A program made the translations under genes and the position numbers. From Acidobacteriota bacterium (GTDB lineage: Bacteria; Acidobacteriota; Terriglobia; Acidiferrales; UBA7541), in assembly GCA_013289715.1 (NCBI GenBank), contig JABCZJ010000013.1, positions 43,118-107,117 on the forward strand: 64,000 bases of DNA, given 5' to 3'. The notes under the pieces are model-generated. The model was given only the letters and a program-made list of their open reading frames with translations. It was not told the origin of the DNA and made no database searches. This document shows positions 1 through 9,611 of the stretch, piece after piece (the first letter of the stretch is position 1; each line of letters begins with the position of its first letter).

Positions 1-1
1 A

Positions 2-619
2 AAAATTTCCGTCTATCAAGTGCTGCATCGTTTCGCGCCGCACATTCAAGCCGCCAAACATTTCCACACCGAAGCGTCGCAACTAGCAATCGCCCCCGTC
101 AAGGAAGCCATGCAAGTCGCGCACGACGCCAAAGTCCGCGTCCTTTTCGATCTCGATGTTTCCCCCAGCTTCTATGCCGAGTCCGACCTCGGCACCCAGG
201 ACGAACTCTGCACCGCGCTCCGCCTCGTGGACGTCCTCAAGCCCTGCAAAGCAGCCGCTCGCGAACTTACCGGCGAAGCCGACTATGAAAAAATCGCCAC
301 CGCCCTCCTGCGCATGGGCCCCACCGTCGTCGCCATCACACTGGGCGCAGACGGCTGCCTCATCGCCACTCCCAAAGAAATCGCCAGAGTCCCCGCCCTA
401 AAAGTGGAAGTAGTGGACACGACGGGCGCAGGCGACGCCTTCATGGGCGGCCTTTCCTACGCTCTCCTCCAAGGCTGGGATTGCCAAAAAGTAGGCCTGT
501 TCGCCAACGCCTGCGCCGCGCTATGCTGCACAAAAATCGGCGCCCGCGCCATGGCCAAACACGACGAAGTAATAGCGCTCATCAAGAACCAAAGCCCAAA
601 AGGCGCCGGCGCATTTTAG
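2..619 (+). CDS. PfkB-family carbohydrate kinase, C-terminal part (5' end outside window)
   Basis: The frame is open from the window edge (no stop in 2-19). The 'VDTTGAGDAFMGGLSYALL' stretch matches the PfkB/ribokinase-family DTxGAGD ATP-site signature. The length is too short for a full domain. Confidence 0.8.
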   Translation, partial: KISVYQVLHRFAPHIQAAKHFHTEASQLAIAPVKEAMQVAHDAKVRVLFDLDVSPSFYAESDLGTQDELCTALRLVDVLKPCKAAARELTGEADYEKIATALLRMGPTVVAITLGADGCLIATPKEIARVPALKVEVVDTTGAGDAFMGGLSYALLQGWDCQKVGLFANACAALCCTKIGARAMAKHDEVIALIKNQSPKGAGAF

Positions 620-635
620 CTGCGCGGACCCAGGT

Positions 636-705
636 ACTGACTTTGTAGCGGCCGGTTCGGGTTCATCGAACCGGGCAGCCGTTGGTTGTGACGTTGCCGT
701 CGTAC
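636..705. repeat. Intergenic REP-like repeat, family A (…ctttgtagcggcc + hairpin ccggttcg/cgaaccgg + gttg(t)gacgttgcc)
   Basis: It shares the 'tttgtagcggccggttc.ggttcat.gaaccgggcagccgtt' core with 29250-29310 and the 'ttgacgttgc…tttgt.gcggcc' arms with 3271-3337. Confidence 0.5.
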
Positions 706-743
706 TCGCGCGTTTTTCAATCGCATCTGTATAAAGGACCTAA

Positions 744-1724
744 ATGTTCACACCAACAACCTTCGGCACCGCCCTGTTAATGATGTTCGTCACTGCCGCC
801 TGCTGGGGCTCCTGGGCCAACACCTACAAAGGCGTTAAGAACTACCGCTTCGAACTCTTCTACTGGGACTACGCCATCGGAATTTTCCTAGCCGCCCTAG
901 TCTATGCGCTCACCATGGGCTCCACCACCGACGGCCCCACCAGCTTCCTCAATAATGTCCGCTCAGCCGACCTCTCCAACATCGGCTGGGCCCTCCTAGC
1001 CGGAATAATTTTCAACTTGGCGAACCTCCTCCTCGTCGCCGCGATCGACATGGCCGGCCTAGCCATCGCCTTCCCCGTAGCCATCGGCATCGCGCTGGTG
1101 GTAGGCACCGTCCTCAGCTTCGTCCAGCAGCAAAGAGGCAACGTAATGATGCTCGGCGCCGGAGTCCTCTGCGCCGTGGTCGCCGTAATCCTCGACGGCA
1201 AAGCCTACGGCGAACTCGGCGCCAACAAAGAAGCCTCGCGCAAAAGCATCATCGTCTGCGTCATCTCCGGCATCCTGATGGGTCTCTGGGCGCCCTTCTC
1301 CACCCGCGCCCTCACTCACGGAAACACCCTCGGCCCCTACAGCATCGCCGTCTTCCTCACCGGTGGCGCGCTGCTTTCCTGCCTCTGGTGGAATTTATAT
1401 TTCATGAAGAAGCCGCTGGTGGGCGAGCCCGTAGCATTCAGCGGTTTCTTTCGCGGCCCCGTCAACGGCCACGTGCTAGGCCTGCTAGGCGGCGCTATCT
1501 GGACCACCGGCACAGTCTTCAATCTAGTCGCGGCCAATTTCACCGGCGTAGCCATCTCCTACTCCATCGGCCAATCCGCTCCCATGGTCGCCGCCCTCTG
1601 GGGCATCTTCGTCTGGAAAGAATTCGCCGGCGCCAACAAACGTGCGCAAGCTTTTCTCGCGCTGATGTTCATCTTCTATTTCCTGGCGATTTTTCTGATC
1701 GCGCGAGCGAACACCGCCGGCTAA
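744..1724 (+). CDS. Polytopic membrane protein, DMT-superfamily sugar-porter-like (GRP/RhaT-like)
   Basis: 326 aa, about 10 hydrophobic segments, ATG start, directly downstream of a sugar kinase. The family assignment comes from overall resemblance only. Confidence 0.55.
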   Translation: MFTPTTFGTALLMMFVTAACWGSWANTYKGVKNYRFELFYWDYAIGIFLAALVYALTMGSTTDGPTSFLNNVRSADLSNIGWALLAGIIFNLANLLLVAAIDMAGLAIAFPVAIGIALVVGTVLSFVQQQRGNVMMLGAGVLCAVVAVILDGKAYGELGANKEASRKSIIVCVISGILMGLWAPFSTRALTHGNTLGPYSIAVFLTGGALLSCLWWNLYFMKKPLVGEPVAFSGFFRGPVNGHVLGLLGGAIWTTGTVFNLVAANFTGVAISYSIGQSAPMVAALWGIFVWKEFAGANKRAQAFLALMFIFYFLAIFLIARANTAG

Positions 1725-1770
1725 CAGAGCGCCATTGAATTTTTCCGTGGGCCGAACGGAATCACCGGCG

Positions 1771-3225
1771 CTACAAACGCGGCCGCCTGAACCCACCCGT
1801 AGCCGCCTCAATCTTCGCCGCAACCGCCAACACCGCCTCATCCTCCCAAGGCCTTCCCACAATCTGCACTCCAATCGGCAGTCCCTCAGGAGAACGCCCC
1901 ACCGGCACCACCGCCGCCGGATTTCCCAGCAAATTAAACCATTGCGAATAACTCATCGCCTTCAAATATTCCACCTTGCGCCCCTGCACCATCCATTCCC
2001 GCTCCCCATGATGAAACGCCGGAATAGCGCAAGCCGGACATAACAAAATCGGAAAAGTTTCCATCTGCCGCAACAATCTCTCGCGCAAAGCGTCGCGCCC
2101 CATCAAAGTGTTCAACCACTCCCGCCCATCGAGAGATGGCTCAAGCCCCACGCGCTCGCGCCAAGCGTGATACATCGGACTCAGTTCCGCCTCGCGCCCT
2201 TCGACCGTCGCAGCAAACGCCATCTGCACCGCGCGCCCAAATAAATTCCACCAAAGCTGCCACACGCGATCCAAATTCAGCGGCCGCCAAGCCTCCACTT
2301 GAAATCCCTGCCCGCGCAAAGCCTCCGCCGCCGCCTGCACCGCAGCGGCGGTTTCCGAAGTCACCGGCGTCACGCCGTCATCCTCGAAGTAAGCCACGCG
2401 CAGCTTCAGAATCTCCGAATCATCCCATACACGCAGCGGTACCGGCGCCGAAGCCGGATCGCCAATATCCGGCCCCGCCATCACCGCAAACAATCGCGCC
2501 ACATCCGCCACCGTCCGCGCCATCGGCCCCACCACCCCCAACTGCGCAAACGGCCCCGCCGACGCAGGATAATGTCCCGTACAAGGCACGCGTCCCGGTG
2601 TAGGCTTCAACCCGCAAATCCCCGAAAAATGCGCGGGAATCCGTATCGATCCGCCGCCGTCGCTCCCCACTCCCCCCGCCGAGCAGCCCGCCGCAATCGC
2701 CGCCGCTTCCCCTCCGCTTGATCCGCCCGGCGTCCTCTCCACGTCCCAAGGACTGTTCGTCCGCCCGTAAAGAGCATTATCCGTCTCATAAGCCATCAAA
2801 AATTCCGGCACATTCGTATTGCCCAACAAAATCGCGCCCGCCGCCCGCAAGCGTGAAACCAGCGTCGCGTCCTCCGACGGCACATAACCCTTGCGCAAAC
2901 GGCTCCCACACTCGCAAGGCCACTCCGCCACATCGACGGAGCTTTTCACAGAAATCGGGACACCATGCAAAGGCCCGAGCGCATCGATTCGGGAGCGCGA
3001 TCCCGCCGCCGCCTCGGCCATCGTCGCCTGCCTACGCGCCCCCTCCACATCCACACACACAAACGCATTCAACTTCGACTCGCGCCCACAATTCAGCTCC
3101 GCGATCCGCCCCAAATGCGCGTCCACCAGTTCCACAGGCGAAATCGTCCGCGCCCGAATCTGCTCGGCCATCTCCGCCGCCGAAAGAAAATTCAAATCAT
3201 CCATAGTGAACTCAACCAAAAGCAT
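1771..3225 (-). CDS. Amidase-signature family amidase
   Basis: 'GGSSGGEAAAIAAGCSAGGVGSDGGGSIRIPA' is the classical amidase signature (GGSSGG…GSIR.PA). An alternative ATG start lies at 3204 (MDDLNFLSAAEM…). Confidence 0.9.
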   Translation of the reverse strand: MLLVEFTMDDLNFLSAAEMAEQIRARTISPVELVDAHLGRIAELNCGRESKLNAFVCVDVEGARRQATMAEAAAGSRSRIDALGPLHGVPISVKSSVDVAEWPCECGSRLRKGYVPSEDATLVSRLRAAGAILLGNTNVPEFLMAYETDNALYGRTNSPWDVERTPGGSSGGEAAAIAAGCSAGGVGSDGGGSIRIPAHFSGICGLKPTPGRVPCTGHYPASAGPFAQLGVVGPMARTVADVARLFAVMAGPDIGDPASAPVPLRVWDDSEILKLRVAYFEDDGVTPVTSETAAAVQAAAEALRGQGFQVEAWRPLNLDRVWQLWWNLFGRAVQMAFAATVEGREAELSPMYHAWRERVGLEPSLDGREWLNTLMGRDALRERLLRQMETFPILLCPACAIPAFHHGEREWMVQGRKVEYLKAMSYSQWFNLLGNPAAVVPVGRSPEGLPIGVQIVGRPWEDEAVLAVAAKIEAATGGFRRPRL

Positions 3226-3270
3226 GCAAACGCGCCCGCCAGTCTAGCACGCGCGCCGGTACGACCCCGG

Positions 3271-3337
3271 GGATTGACGTTGCTTTTGAATTTGTGGCGG
3301 CCAGCTTTCGCTGGGCGCCTTTGACTTTGACGCGGTA
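3271..3337. repeat. Intergenic REP-like repeat, family A copy
   Basis: 'ttgacgttgcttttgaatttgtggcggCCAGCtttcGCTGGgcgcctttgactttgacgcggtag'. The arms are near-identical to 29246-29330, and the central hairpin has a different sequence. Confidence 0.5.
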
Positions 3338-3368
3338 GAATGTCCAACGCACTCAGAAAGGGAGCGTA

Positions 3369-6300
3369 ATGATCCGCATCACCCGCGCCGCAATTTTCCT
3401 GACGATTTTCACCTGCACACTCATCGCAGCCAGCCAAGAGCAACAGCAGCAATCAGACCAGCAACCATCGCAACCGCAGCAAGCACCTCATCACACAAAC
3501 GCCCGCACCCGCGCCGCAAGCCAGCAAAGAGAAGACGACTCCACCCCCCCAGCACCCGAAAACCCCCGCGCCGACGTAATCCGTGAAAATAATTTCGGCG
3601 TTTCCCTCATGAATCGCCAGCAATTCGAAAAAGCCCTGGGCAAATTCCAACGCGCCTGCATTCTCGACCCTGAAACCGACATCGGCTGCCTCAACGCCGG
3701 CATCGCCTTCCTCAACATGCAGCGCTTCGACGAAGCTCGCGAAATTCTGCAAAAATCCGCGCAGCGCGACCCGCGCAATCCCTGGGCCTGGTTCAATCTC
3801 GGCCTGATGGAAAAAGCCGGAGGCGACGCCGACGCCGCCATCGCCGATTTCCAGAAAGTCGCCGCGCTCGATCCCTACGACGCCGACACGCAATACTTTC
3901 TCGGCCTGATTGATTCCCAACAGCAGCAGTACGAAAAAGCCATCGCCGCCTTCCAGCGCGCGCTCGTTCTAAATCCCTTCCAAGTTTCCGCCGAATTCGG
4001 CATGGCCCAAGCCCTGCAACGCAGCGGCAAAACCGCCGAAGCCAAAACACACTTCGACCGTTTCCAACACATGACCTCGCAAAAACTCGGCAAGCCCGTA
4101 AGCTTCATCTACGGCGAGCAAGGGAAGTATTCTCTGGCCGAAATCATGCAGCCCGCCCCCGAGCCAGTGCCGCAAGCGATGCCGGTGCATTTCCGCAACG
4201 TCACACAAGCCGCCAACTTGCCCACCTCCGCCGGAGCACGCATCGCCACCACGCAACTGCACGGCGCAATCGACACCACACCCTCAGCGGCAGGCAGCGC
4301 AACGCTCTCCATGCGAAAATCTCGCACCGCGAAACCCGCCGCGCAAACTTCCGCCAGCACCCTAGCCCAATTCCTAGGCAGCGGCGCCTGCATCATCGAC
4401 TACAACAGCGACGGCAAACCCGACATTTTCCTGGTGGACGCCGACGGCCGCGGCAACTCCGCTCTCTACAAAAATATCGGCGCCGGAAAATTTCTAAACG
4501 TCTCCCGCGAAGCCCATCTCGATATCCACGGCCAAGGCATGGCCTGCGCCGTAGGTGATTACGACAACGACGGCAAGCCCGACCTGGCCATCACCATGAA
4601 CGGCAGAGTCATCCTGTTCCACAACGAAGGCAACGGCGCATTCAAAGACGAAACCAAAGAAGCCGGAATAGACACTGAAGCGCAAGCCGGCGCACGAGCC
4701 CTAGGCCTAACCTTCATCGATTTCGATCACGACGGCGACCTAGATCTCTACGTCACCCGCTTCAACGATTTCCCGCTAGCCAATTCCGCTGGCCCATTTG
4801 AATTCCCGACAGACGCCCCAACCCCCGGCAACGTCCTCTGGCGCAACAACGGCAACGGCACATTCACAAACTGGACCACAGAAACAGCCCTGGCAGGCAC
4901 AGCGCCCTCCGTAGGCGCAATCGCCAGCGACATCAACAACGATCGCGCCATAGACTTCGTCGTAACCGGCTGGCAAAAATCCCCCGTCGTGTATCTAAAT
5001 CCTCGCGAAGGCGCCTTCCAAGCCACCACTCCCTGGAGCAGCGACATGCCCGCTCCCACCGCCGGCGTAGTCGCGCTCGATTTCAACAAAGACGGCTGGA
5101 TGGACCTCGCCTTCACCCACTGGGGCGCCCCCGGCCTGAGCCTCTGGCGCAATAACGCCGGAAAAACCTTCGAACGAGTCAATCTCCCCGACCTCGACTG
5201 GATGCGCGGCTGGGGCCTTGCCCCAATTGATTACGACGACGACGGTTGGATTGACCTGGTGGCAGTAGGCGAAGATTTCTCCGGCGCAGGCCACATCGTC
5301 CTACTCCGTAACGAAGGCGCTGCCGGTTTCCGCGACGTCACCGCCGCGACAGGTCTCGACAAAATCGCGCTGAAAAATCCCCGGGGCATCGTCGCCTTCG
5401 ATTTCGATGGCGACGGCGCGACCGATCTCCTAATCACCCAAAACAATCTCCCGCCCGTGCTGCTAAAAAATGAAGGTGGCAATCGCTACAACTGGCTGCG
5501 CATCGCCCTGAAAGGTGAGAACGACAATAAATCCGCCATCGGCACAAAAGTAGAACTCTACGCCGGCGCCCTGCAACAAAAATGGGAAATCCCCGGCGCC
5601 TCCGGCTACCTGGGACAAGGCCCCGCGCCAATCGTCGCCGGCCTGGGCGCCGAACGCCAAGCCGACGTGATCCGCTTACTCTGGCCCACGGGCGTCCTGC
5701 AAGACGAACTAGAAATCCCAGCCCACAAAGAAGAACTCGTCACAGAAATCGACCGTCGCGGCAGCTCCTGCCCCATCGTCTTCGTCTGGAACGGCGAAAA
5801 ATTCGAATTTCTCGCCGACATGATCGGCGCCGGCATCGTCGGCCACTGGACCGGCCCGAACCAACGCAACATCCCCAACCCCGCCGAATATTTCAAAGTC
5901 ACCGGCTCGTTAGCCCAGCCGCAAGAGGGCCGCCTGCGTTTCAAGATGCTCGAACCAATGGAGGAGCTCGACTATCTTGACCAAGCCCGCCTGCTAGCGG
6001 TTGATCACCCGATAGACGTCGAAGTCTATCCCAACGAACATTTCGCCAGCGAACTCCCCTTCGCGCAATTCAAAGTAATCGCCAGCCGCGACGCCCATCT
6101 CCCCGTCGGCGCCTGGGACGATCACAGCCGCAATCTCCTCCCCCTCCTCAGCGAACAAGATCACAAATACGTCACGAATTTCCCGCTGGCTCCCTACGCC
6201 GGCTTCGCCGAAATGCACTGGATCGAACTCGACCTAGGCGATTGGGATCCCGCGCGCCCCCTGCGCCTCCTAATGGACGGTTTCACCGATTATTTCAGCG

Positions 6301-7064
6301 CCAGTTCCATGTACGCCGCCTGGCAAGCAGGCATCACTCCGGTGCCACCATACGTCGAAGTGCAAGACGGTTCCGGCCAATGGGTCAAAGTGATTGACGA
6401 CATGGGCTTCCCCGCAGGCCTCTCCCGCACGATGGTCGCCGACTTAACCGGAAAAATTCCCCAGGGAGCCCGCTTCATCCGCATCTCCACCAATCTCCGC
6501 GTCTATTGGGACCGCATCCGCGTGGATAATTCTCCCGAAGATACCGAATTCAAACTCACCGAAGTCCCCTTGGCCGAAGCCAAGCTGCAATTCCGCGGCT
6601 ACCCCCGCGTAGTCGAAGGCAATCCGAAAAACGATCTCTCCTACACATACCAAGATGTCAGTGCCACAGGCCCCTACGCCCGCCAAATCGGAAACTACAC
6701 CCGCTACGGCGACGTTACCGACCTGATACAGAAAACCGACGACGAATACGTAATCTTCGGCTCCGGCGACGAAGTTTCGGTGGACTTCGATTCCACGCAT
6801 CTGCCGGATCTGCTAAGCGGCTGGACCCGCGACTATTTCCTCTACGCCAACGGCTTCGCCAAAGACATGGACTTCTACGCCGCCCACGGCGACACAGTCG
6901 ATCCGCTGCCATTCCACACAACGACGCCGTACCCGTACCCAGATGGCGTAGCATACCCAGAAGACCCACAACATCTGGAGTACCTGCTGAAGTACAACAC
7001 CCGAGGGGTAGCAGGCCCAGCCAACGAAACTTTCCGCTTCGACTACCCGAAGCCTGAAAAATAG
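3369..7064 (+). CDS. Secreted TPR + FG-GAP/VCBS repeat + ASPIC/UnbV domain protein (CRTAC1-like, with long C-terminal extension)
   Basis: It has a signal-peptide-like N-terminus, a Gln-rich linker and TPR-like repeats. Repeated 'D.DGD..D' / 'DYDNDGKPDL' FG-GAP calcium-binding motifs are present. 'NRYNWLRIALKGENDNKSAIGTKVELY' is typical of ASPIC/UnbV. Confidence 0.85.
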   Translation: MIRITRAAIFLTIFTCTLIAASQEQQQQSDQQPSQPQQAPHHTNARTRAASQQREDDSTPPAPENPRADVIRENNFGVSLMNRQQFEKALGKFQRACILDPETDIGCLNAGIAFLNMQRFDEAREILQKSAQRDPRNPWAWFNLGLMEKAGGDADAAIADFQKVAALDPYDADTQYFLGLIDSQQQQYEKAIAAFQRALVLNPFQVSAEFGMAQALQRSGKTAEAKTHFDRFQHMTSQKLGKPVSFIYGEQGKYSLAEIMQPAPEPVPQAMPVHFRNVTQAANLPTSAGARIATTQLHGAIDTTPSAAGSATLSMRKSRTAKPAAQTSASTLAQFLGSGACIIDYNSDGKPDIFLVDADGRGNSALYKNIGAGKFLNVSREAHLDIHGQGMACAVGDYDNDGKPDLAITMNGRVILFHNEGNGAFKDETKEAGIDTEAQAGARALGLTFIDFDHDGDLDLYVTRFNDFPLANSAGPFEFPTDAPTPGNVLWRNNGNGTFTNWTTETALAGTAPSVGAIASDINNDRAIDFVVTGWQKSPVVYLNPREGAFQATTPWSSDMPAPTAGVVALDFNKDGWMDLAFTHWGAPGLSLWRNNAGKTFERVNLPDLDWMRGWGLAPIDYDDDGWIDLVAVGEDFSGAGHIVLLRNEGAAGFRDVTAATGLDKIALKNPRGIVAFDFDGDGATDLLITQNNLPPVLLKNEGGNRYNWLRIALKGENDNKSAIGTKVELYAGALQQKWEIPGASGYLGQGPAPIVAGLGAERQADVIRLLWPTGVLQDELEIPAHKEELVTEIDRRGSSCPIVFVWNGEKFEFLADMIGAGIVGHWTGPNQRNIPNPAEYFKVTGSLAQPQEGRLRFKMLEPMEELDYLDQARLLAVDHPIDVEVYPNEHFASELPFAQFKVIASRDAHLPVGAWDDHSRNLLPLLSEQDHKYVTNFPLAPYAGFAEMHWIELDLGDWDPARPLRLLMDGFTDYFSASSMYAAWQAGITPVPPYVEVQDGSGQWVKVIDDMGFPAGLSRTMVADLTGKIPQGARFIRISTNLRVYWDRIRVDNSPEDTEFKLTEVPLAEAKLQFRGYPRVVEGNPKNDLSYTYQDVSATGPYARQIGNYTRYGDVTDLIQKTDDEYVIFGSGDEVSVDFDSTHLPDLLSGWTRDYFLYANGFAKDMDFYAAHGDTVDPLPFHTTTPYPYPDGVAYPEDPQHLEYLLKYNTRGVAGPANETFRFDYPKPEK

Positions 7065-7078
7065 CCTCGACCAGTGGA

Positions 7079-7597
7079 ATGGCGTTTCGAGTGGGACCGG
7101 TGCCTTGTACACAGTTTCGTCGGAGTCGAAAACAGCGAATCCTGAGAAATTTTCAACGTTTTCGCATGAGGCTGTGCATCACCTCCAGGAGTTGTACAAA
7201 AAAATGCGAAGCGGAGTTGCGCATTTCTTCCTGGCCCCGATGGGACGATGACCTCGACCGCGGAACACTCACATTTTCTCAGGATGGACAGCCGAAGGTT
7301 GTTGCTGCAATCCAAGTCGTCGGTTCCACTTCACTATCGAGCGGTACGTGGCTGTGGAGTTGGGCGAATCAGTGCTTTCCGCTCTGCGTTACCCAGGAAG
7401 TTGAGAGGGTGCGGGCCTTTGGCGAGCTTGAAAATCTCCCGGCGTCAAGCGAAGCAAAGCGACCAGTCGACGAGCACGCGGGTTGGGAGATGACGGCAAT
7501 CGCGGCAAAGGTTCTCGGCGCAATGGGCGCTTATCGATTTCCGGCAGAAGATGGCTTTGTCTATCTCCTCTATTCGTCGGTTACGTTCGTTCAATAA
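7079..7597 (+). CDS. DUF6882-like hypothetical protein; N-terminus probably disrupted by a 1-nt insertion in an A7 tract
   Basis: The 'GTLTFSQDG…GSTSLSSGTWLWSWAN' core resembles the DUF6882 hallmark, recalled from memory. Upstream of the A7 tract (7198-7204) the annotated frame is Arg/Cys-rich and unnatural, while the adjacent frame reads naturally. Confidence 0.5.
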   Translation: MAFRVGPVPCTQFRRSRKQRILRNFQRFRMRLCITSRSCTKKCEAELRISSWPRWDDDLDRGTLTFSQDGQPKVVAAIQVVGSTSLSSGTWLWSWANQCFPLCVTQEVERVRAFGELENLPASSEAKRPVDEHAGWEMTAIAAKVLGAMGAYRFPAEDGFVYLLYSSVTFVQ

Positions 7598-7689
7598 GGG
7601 GCTCGATGCGCGGTGTACCCCCTCCGTTTCCGAGCATTGTCGTAAGTATGGTTCAAACGTTGACTGACTCACGGCAGTCGGCACAGCCC

Positions 7690-8703
7690 ATGCGGAGGTT
7701 CAAGGTGCGAAAAATTGGGATCATCATCGCGAGCTTCGCGTTTTTGTGCACAGTCGCCTGCAATACACAGCCATCGAACGTAAGCCATCCAACCGTGAAT
7801 GCCTCCACACCAACGCAGGCGGCGAACCCTCCCGCAGTTCTCCCTCCGACCGCGACGGGTGGCTTTGACGGCGCCCAAGCGTTCGAACACGTTCGCAAAT
7901 TAGTCGAAATTGGACCCCGCCCACCAGGCTCCGATGGAATCCATCGCGCGCAGACTTACATCATCAGCCAGCTAAAGGGTATCGGCTGCCCCATCGAGGA
8001 GCATGATTTCCACGGCTCGACGCCGCTCGGCGATATCGCGATGAAAAACATTATCGCCAAGATTCCCGGCACAGGCAGCGGCATCGTCCTCTACACCACA
8101 CATTACGACACCGTACGCTTGCCGAATTTCGTCGGCGCCGACGACGGCGGCTCAGGCACCGGCACGATGCTAGAGCTAGCCCGAATTTTCTGCGCTCGCA
8201 AGACCAAGAGCACTCTCAACACCTGGATCGTGTTTTTCGACGGCGAAGAAGCGCAGGGCGAGTGGACCGACAGGAGCAGCGTTCAGTGGAGCGATGCGGA
8301 CAGCACTTTCGGAAGCCGCGAGATGGCCGCCAGCATGGCGCTCTCCGGAGATCTCAAGCGAGTGAAAGCGATGATCCTAGCGGACATGATTGGCCCATCC
8401 GATCTGAAGATCAAGCGAGACAAAAACTCCACGCCGTGGCTCACCGATCTGATTTGGGCGACCGCCAACCAACTCGGTTATGCGAATGTCTTTGTGAACG
8501 AAAGTACGATCGTCTCCGGTGACGACCATCTCTCATTCATCCGCCGCGGTGTTCCCGCGTGCGACCTCATCGACGACGAAGTCCAGTCCACTTACTGGCA
8601 CACGCCCCAGGACACGCTAGAGAAGGTTGACCCGCGCAGCCTCGCAATCGTCGGCCACGTTTTCATTGAGACACTGCCCGCTCTGGAAAAGAAATTCCGC
8701 TGA
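7690..8703 (+). CDS. M28-family metallopeptidase (aminopeptidase / glutaminyl-cyclase-like), lipoprotein-type signal
   Basis: 'HYDT…FVGADDGGSGTGTMLELAR…VFFDGEE…ILADMIG' are M28 zinc-ligand blocks. ATG 7690 gives 'MRRFKVRKIGIIIASFAFLCTVAC', a signal peptide with a lipobox-like Cys. The longer ORF from 7483 overlaps the upstream gene. Confidence 0.85.
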   Translation: MRRFKVRKIGIIIASFAFLCTVACNTQPSNVSHPTVNASTPTQAANPPAVLPPTATGGFDGAQAFEHVRKLVEIGPRPPGSDGIHRAQTYIISQLKGIGCPIEEHDFHGSTPLGDIAMKNIIAKIPGTGSGIVLYTTHYDTVRLPNFVGADDGGSGTGTMLELARIFCARKTKSTLNTWIVFFDGEEAQGEWTDRSSVQWSDADSTFGSREMAASMALSGDLKRVKAMILADMIGPSDLKIKRDKNSTPWLTDLIWATANQLGYANVFVNESTIVSGDDHLSFIRRGVPACDLIDDEVQSTYWHTPQDTLEKVDPRSLAIVGHVFIETLPALEKKFR

Positions 8704-8874
8704 AGCCCAAGACTCCGCAAAATCCGTAACTCCTGCCGACCAACCCGCCGTCTCCCGTCGTTCCCAGTTAACAGTTATCGACCGGCCAGCCGATACTACG
8801 GTCGGCGCATGTAGGGTGCATCGGCGCAACGCCGAAGGGCAACGCCCACCTACGATCCCATCGTGGAGGCCTAC

Positions 8875-9522
8875 ATGCCCAATTTAGAGAACCTCAAAAA
8901 GCAAGCCAAACTCATACTGCGCTGGCATCGTGAACGGCACTATCCCGTCGCCGCACAAATCCGCGGGCTTCTACCTCGTTTCTCGAATATGCCCGATGCG
9001 GAGATTCTTGCGGCGAACTTCAAGCTCAGCGACGCGCAAGTAATGGTCGCAAGACAGCACGGCTTCGATAGCTGGCAGGCCCTGAAAGCCGGACTCTCCG
9101 CCACGTCGCACAAAGCGAAATCGCCGCAGTCCAAAGCCACGATTACCTGCGCCGAGCCGCAACTGTTCGTCACCGATCTCAAAAAATCATGCGAATTCTT
9201 CCAGCAGAAGTTAGGGTTTTCGCTCGTATTCGTTTACGGCGAACCTCCCTACTGCGCGCAAGTGCGTCGCGACGCAGCGCGCCTCAACCTTAGGTGCGTC
9301 GAGGCTCCCGTAATCGAGTCCACGGGCCGCGCTCGTGAGGAACTGCTGTCGGTATCCATGACTGTCGCTACAGCGGACGAGATCAAGCTATTGTTTCTTG
9401 AATTTCACTCCGCTGGGGTTACCTTTCACCAGAGACTGAAAAAGCAGCCTTGGGGCGCCAGGAATTTCATCGTCAAAGATCCGGATAGCAATCTGCTGTT
9501 GTTCGCCGGCCCCGCAAACTAG
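8875..9522 (+). CDS. Glyoxalase/bleomycin-resistance (VOC) superfamily protein with N-terminal helical extension
   Basis: The C-terminal 'QLFVTDLKKSCEFFQQKLGF…GARNFIVKDPDSNLLLF' is VOC-fold-like. ATG 8875 is preceded by GGAGG at 8865-8869. Confidence 0.75.
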   Translation: MPNLENLKKQAKLILRWHRERHYPVAAQIRGLLPRFSNMPDAEILAANFKLSDAQVMVARQHGFDSWQALKAGLSATSHKAKSPQSKATITCAEPQLFVTDLKKSCEFFQQKLGFSLVFVYGEPPYCAQVRRDAARLNLRCVEAPVIESTGRAREELLSVSMTVATADEIKLLFLEFHSAGVTFHQRLKKQPWGARNFIVKDPDSNLLLFAGPAN

Positions 9523-9545
9523 CAGCTCCCAAGCATGCCCTCCGC

Positions 9546-9574
9546 TTGCTTGCCGCCAAATACCGTGATAATTT
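9546..9574 (+). promoter_or_regulatory. Candidate sigma70-type promoter of the lipid operon
   Basis: TTGCTT (9546-9551), a 17-nt spacer, then TAATTT (9569-9574), about 38 nt upstream of ATG 9612. This argues against the TTG 9546 start used in the ORF track. Confidence 0.3.
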
Positions 9575-9611
9575 CACTACTTCCGAATCACCAGCAACAA
9601 CTCACGCAACG

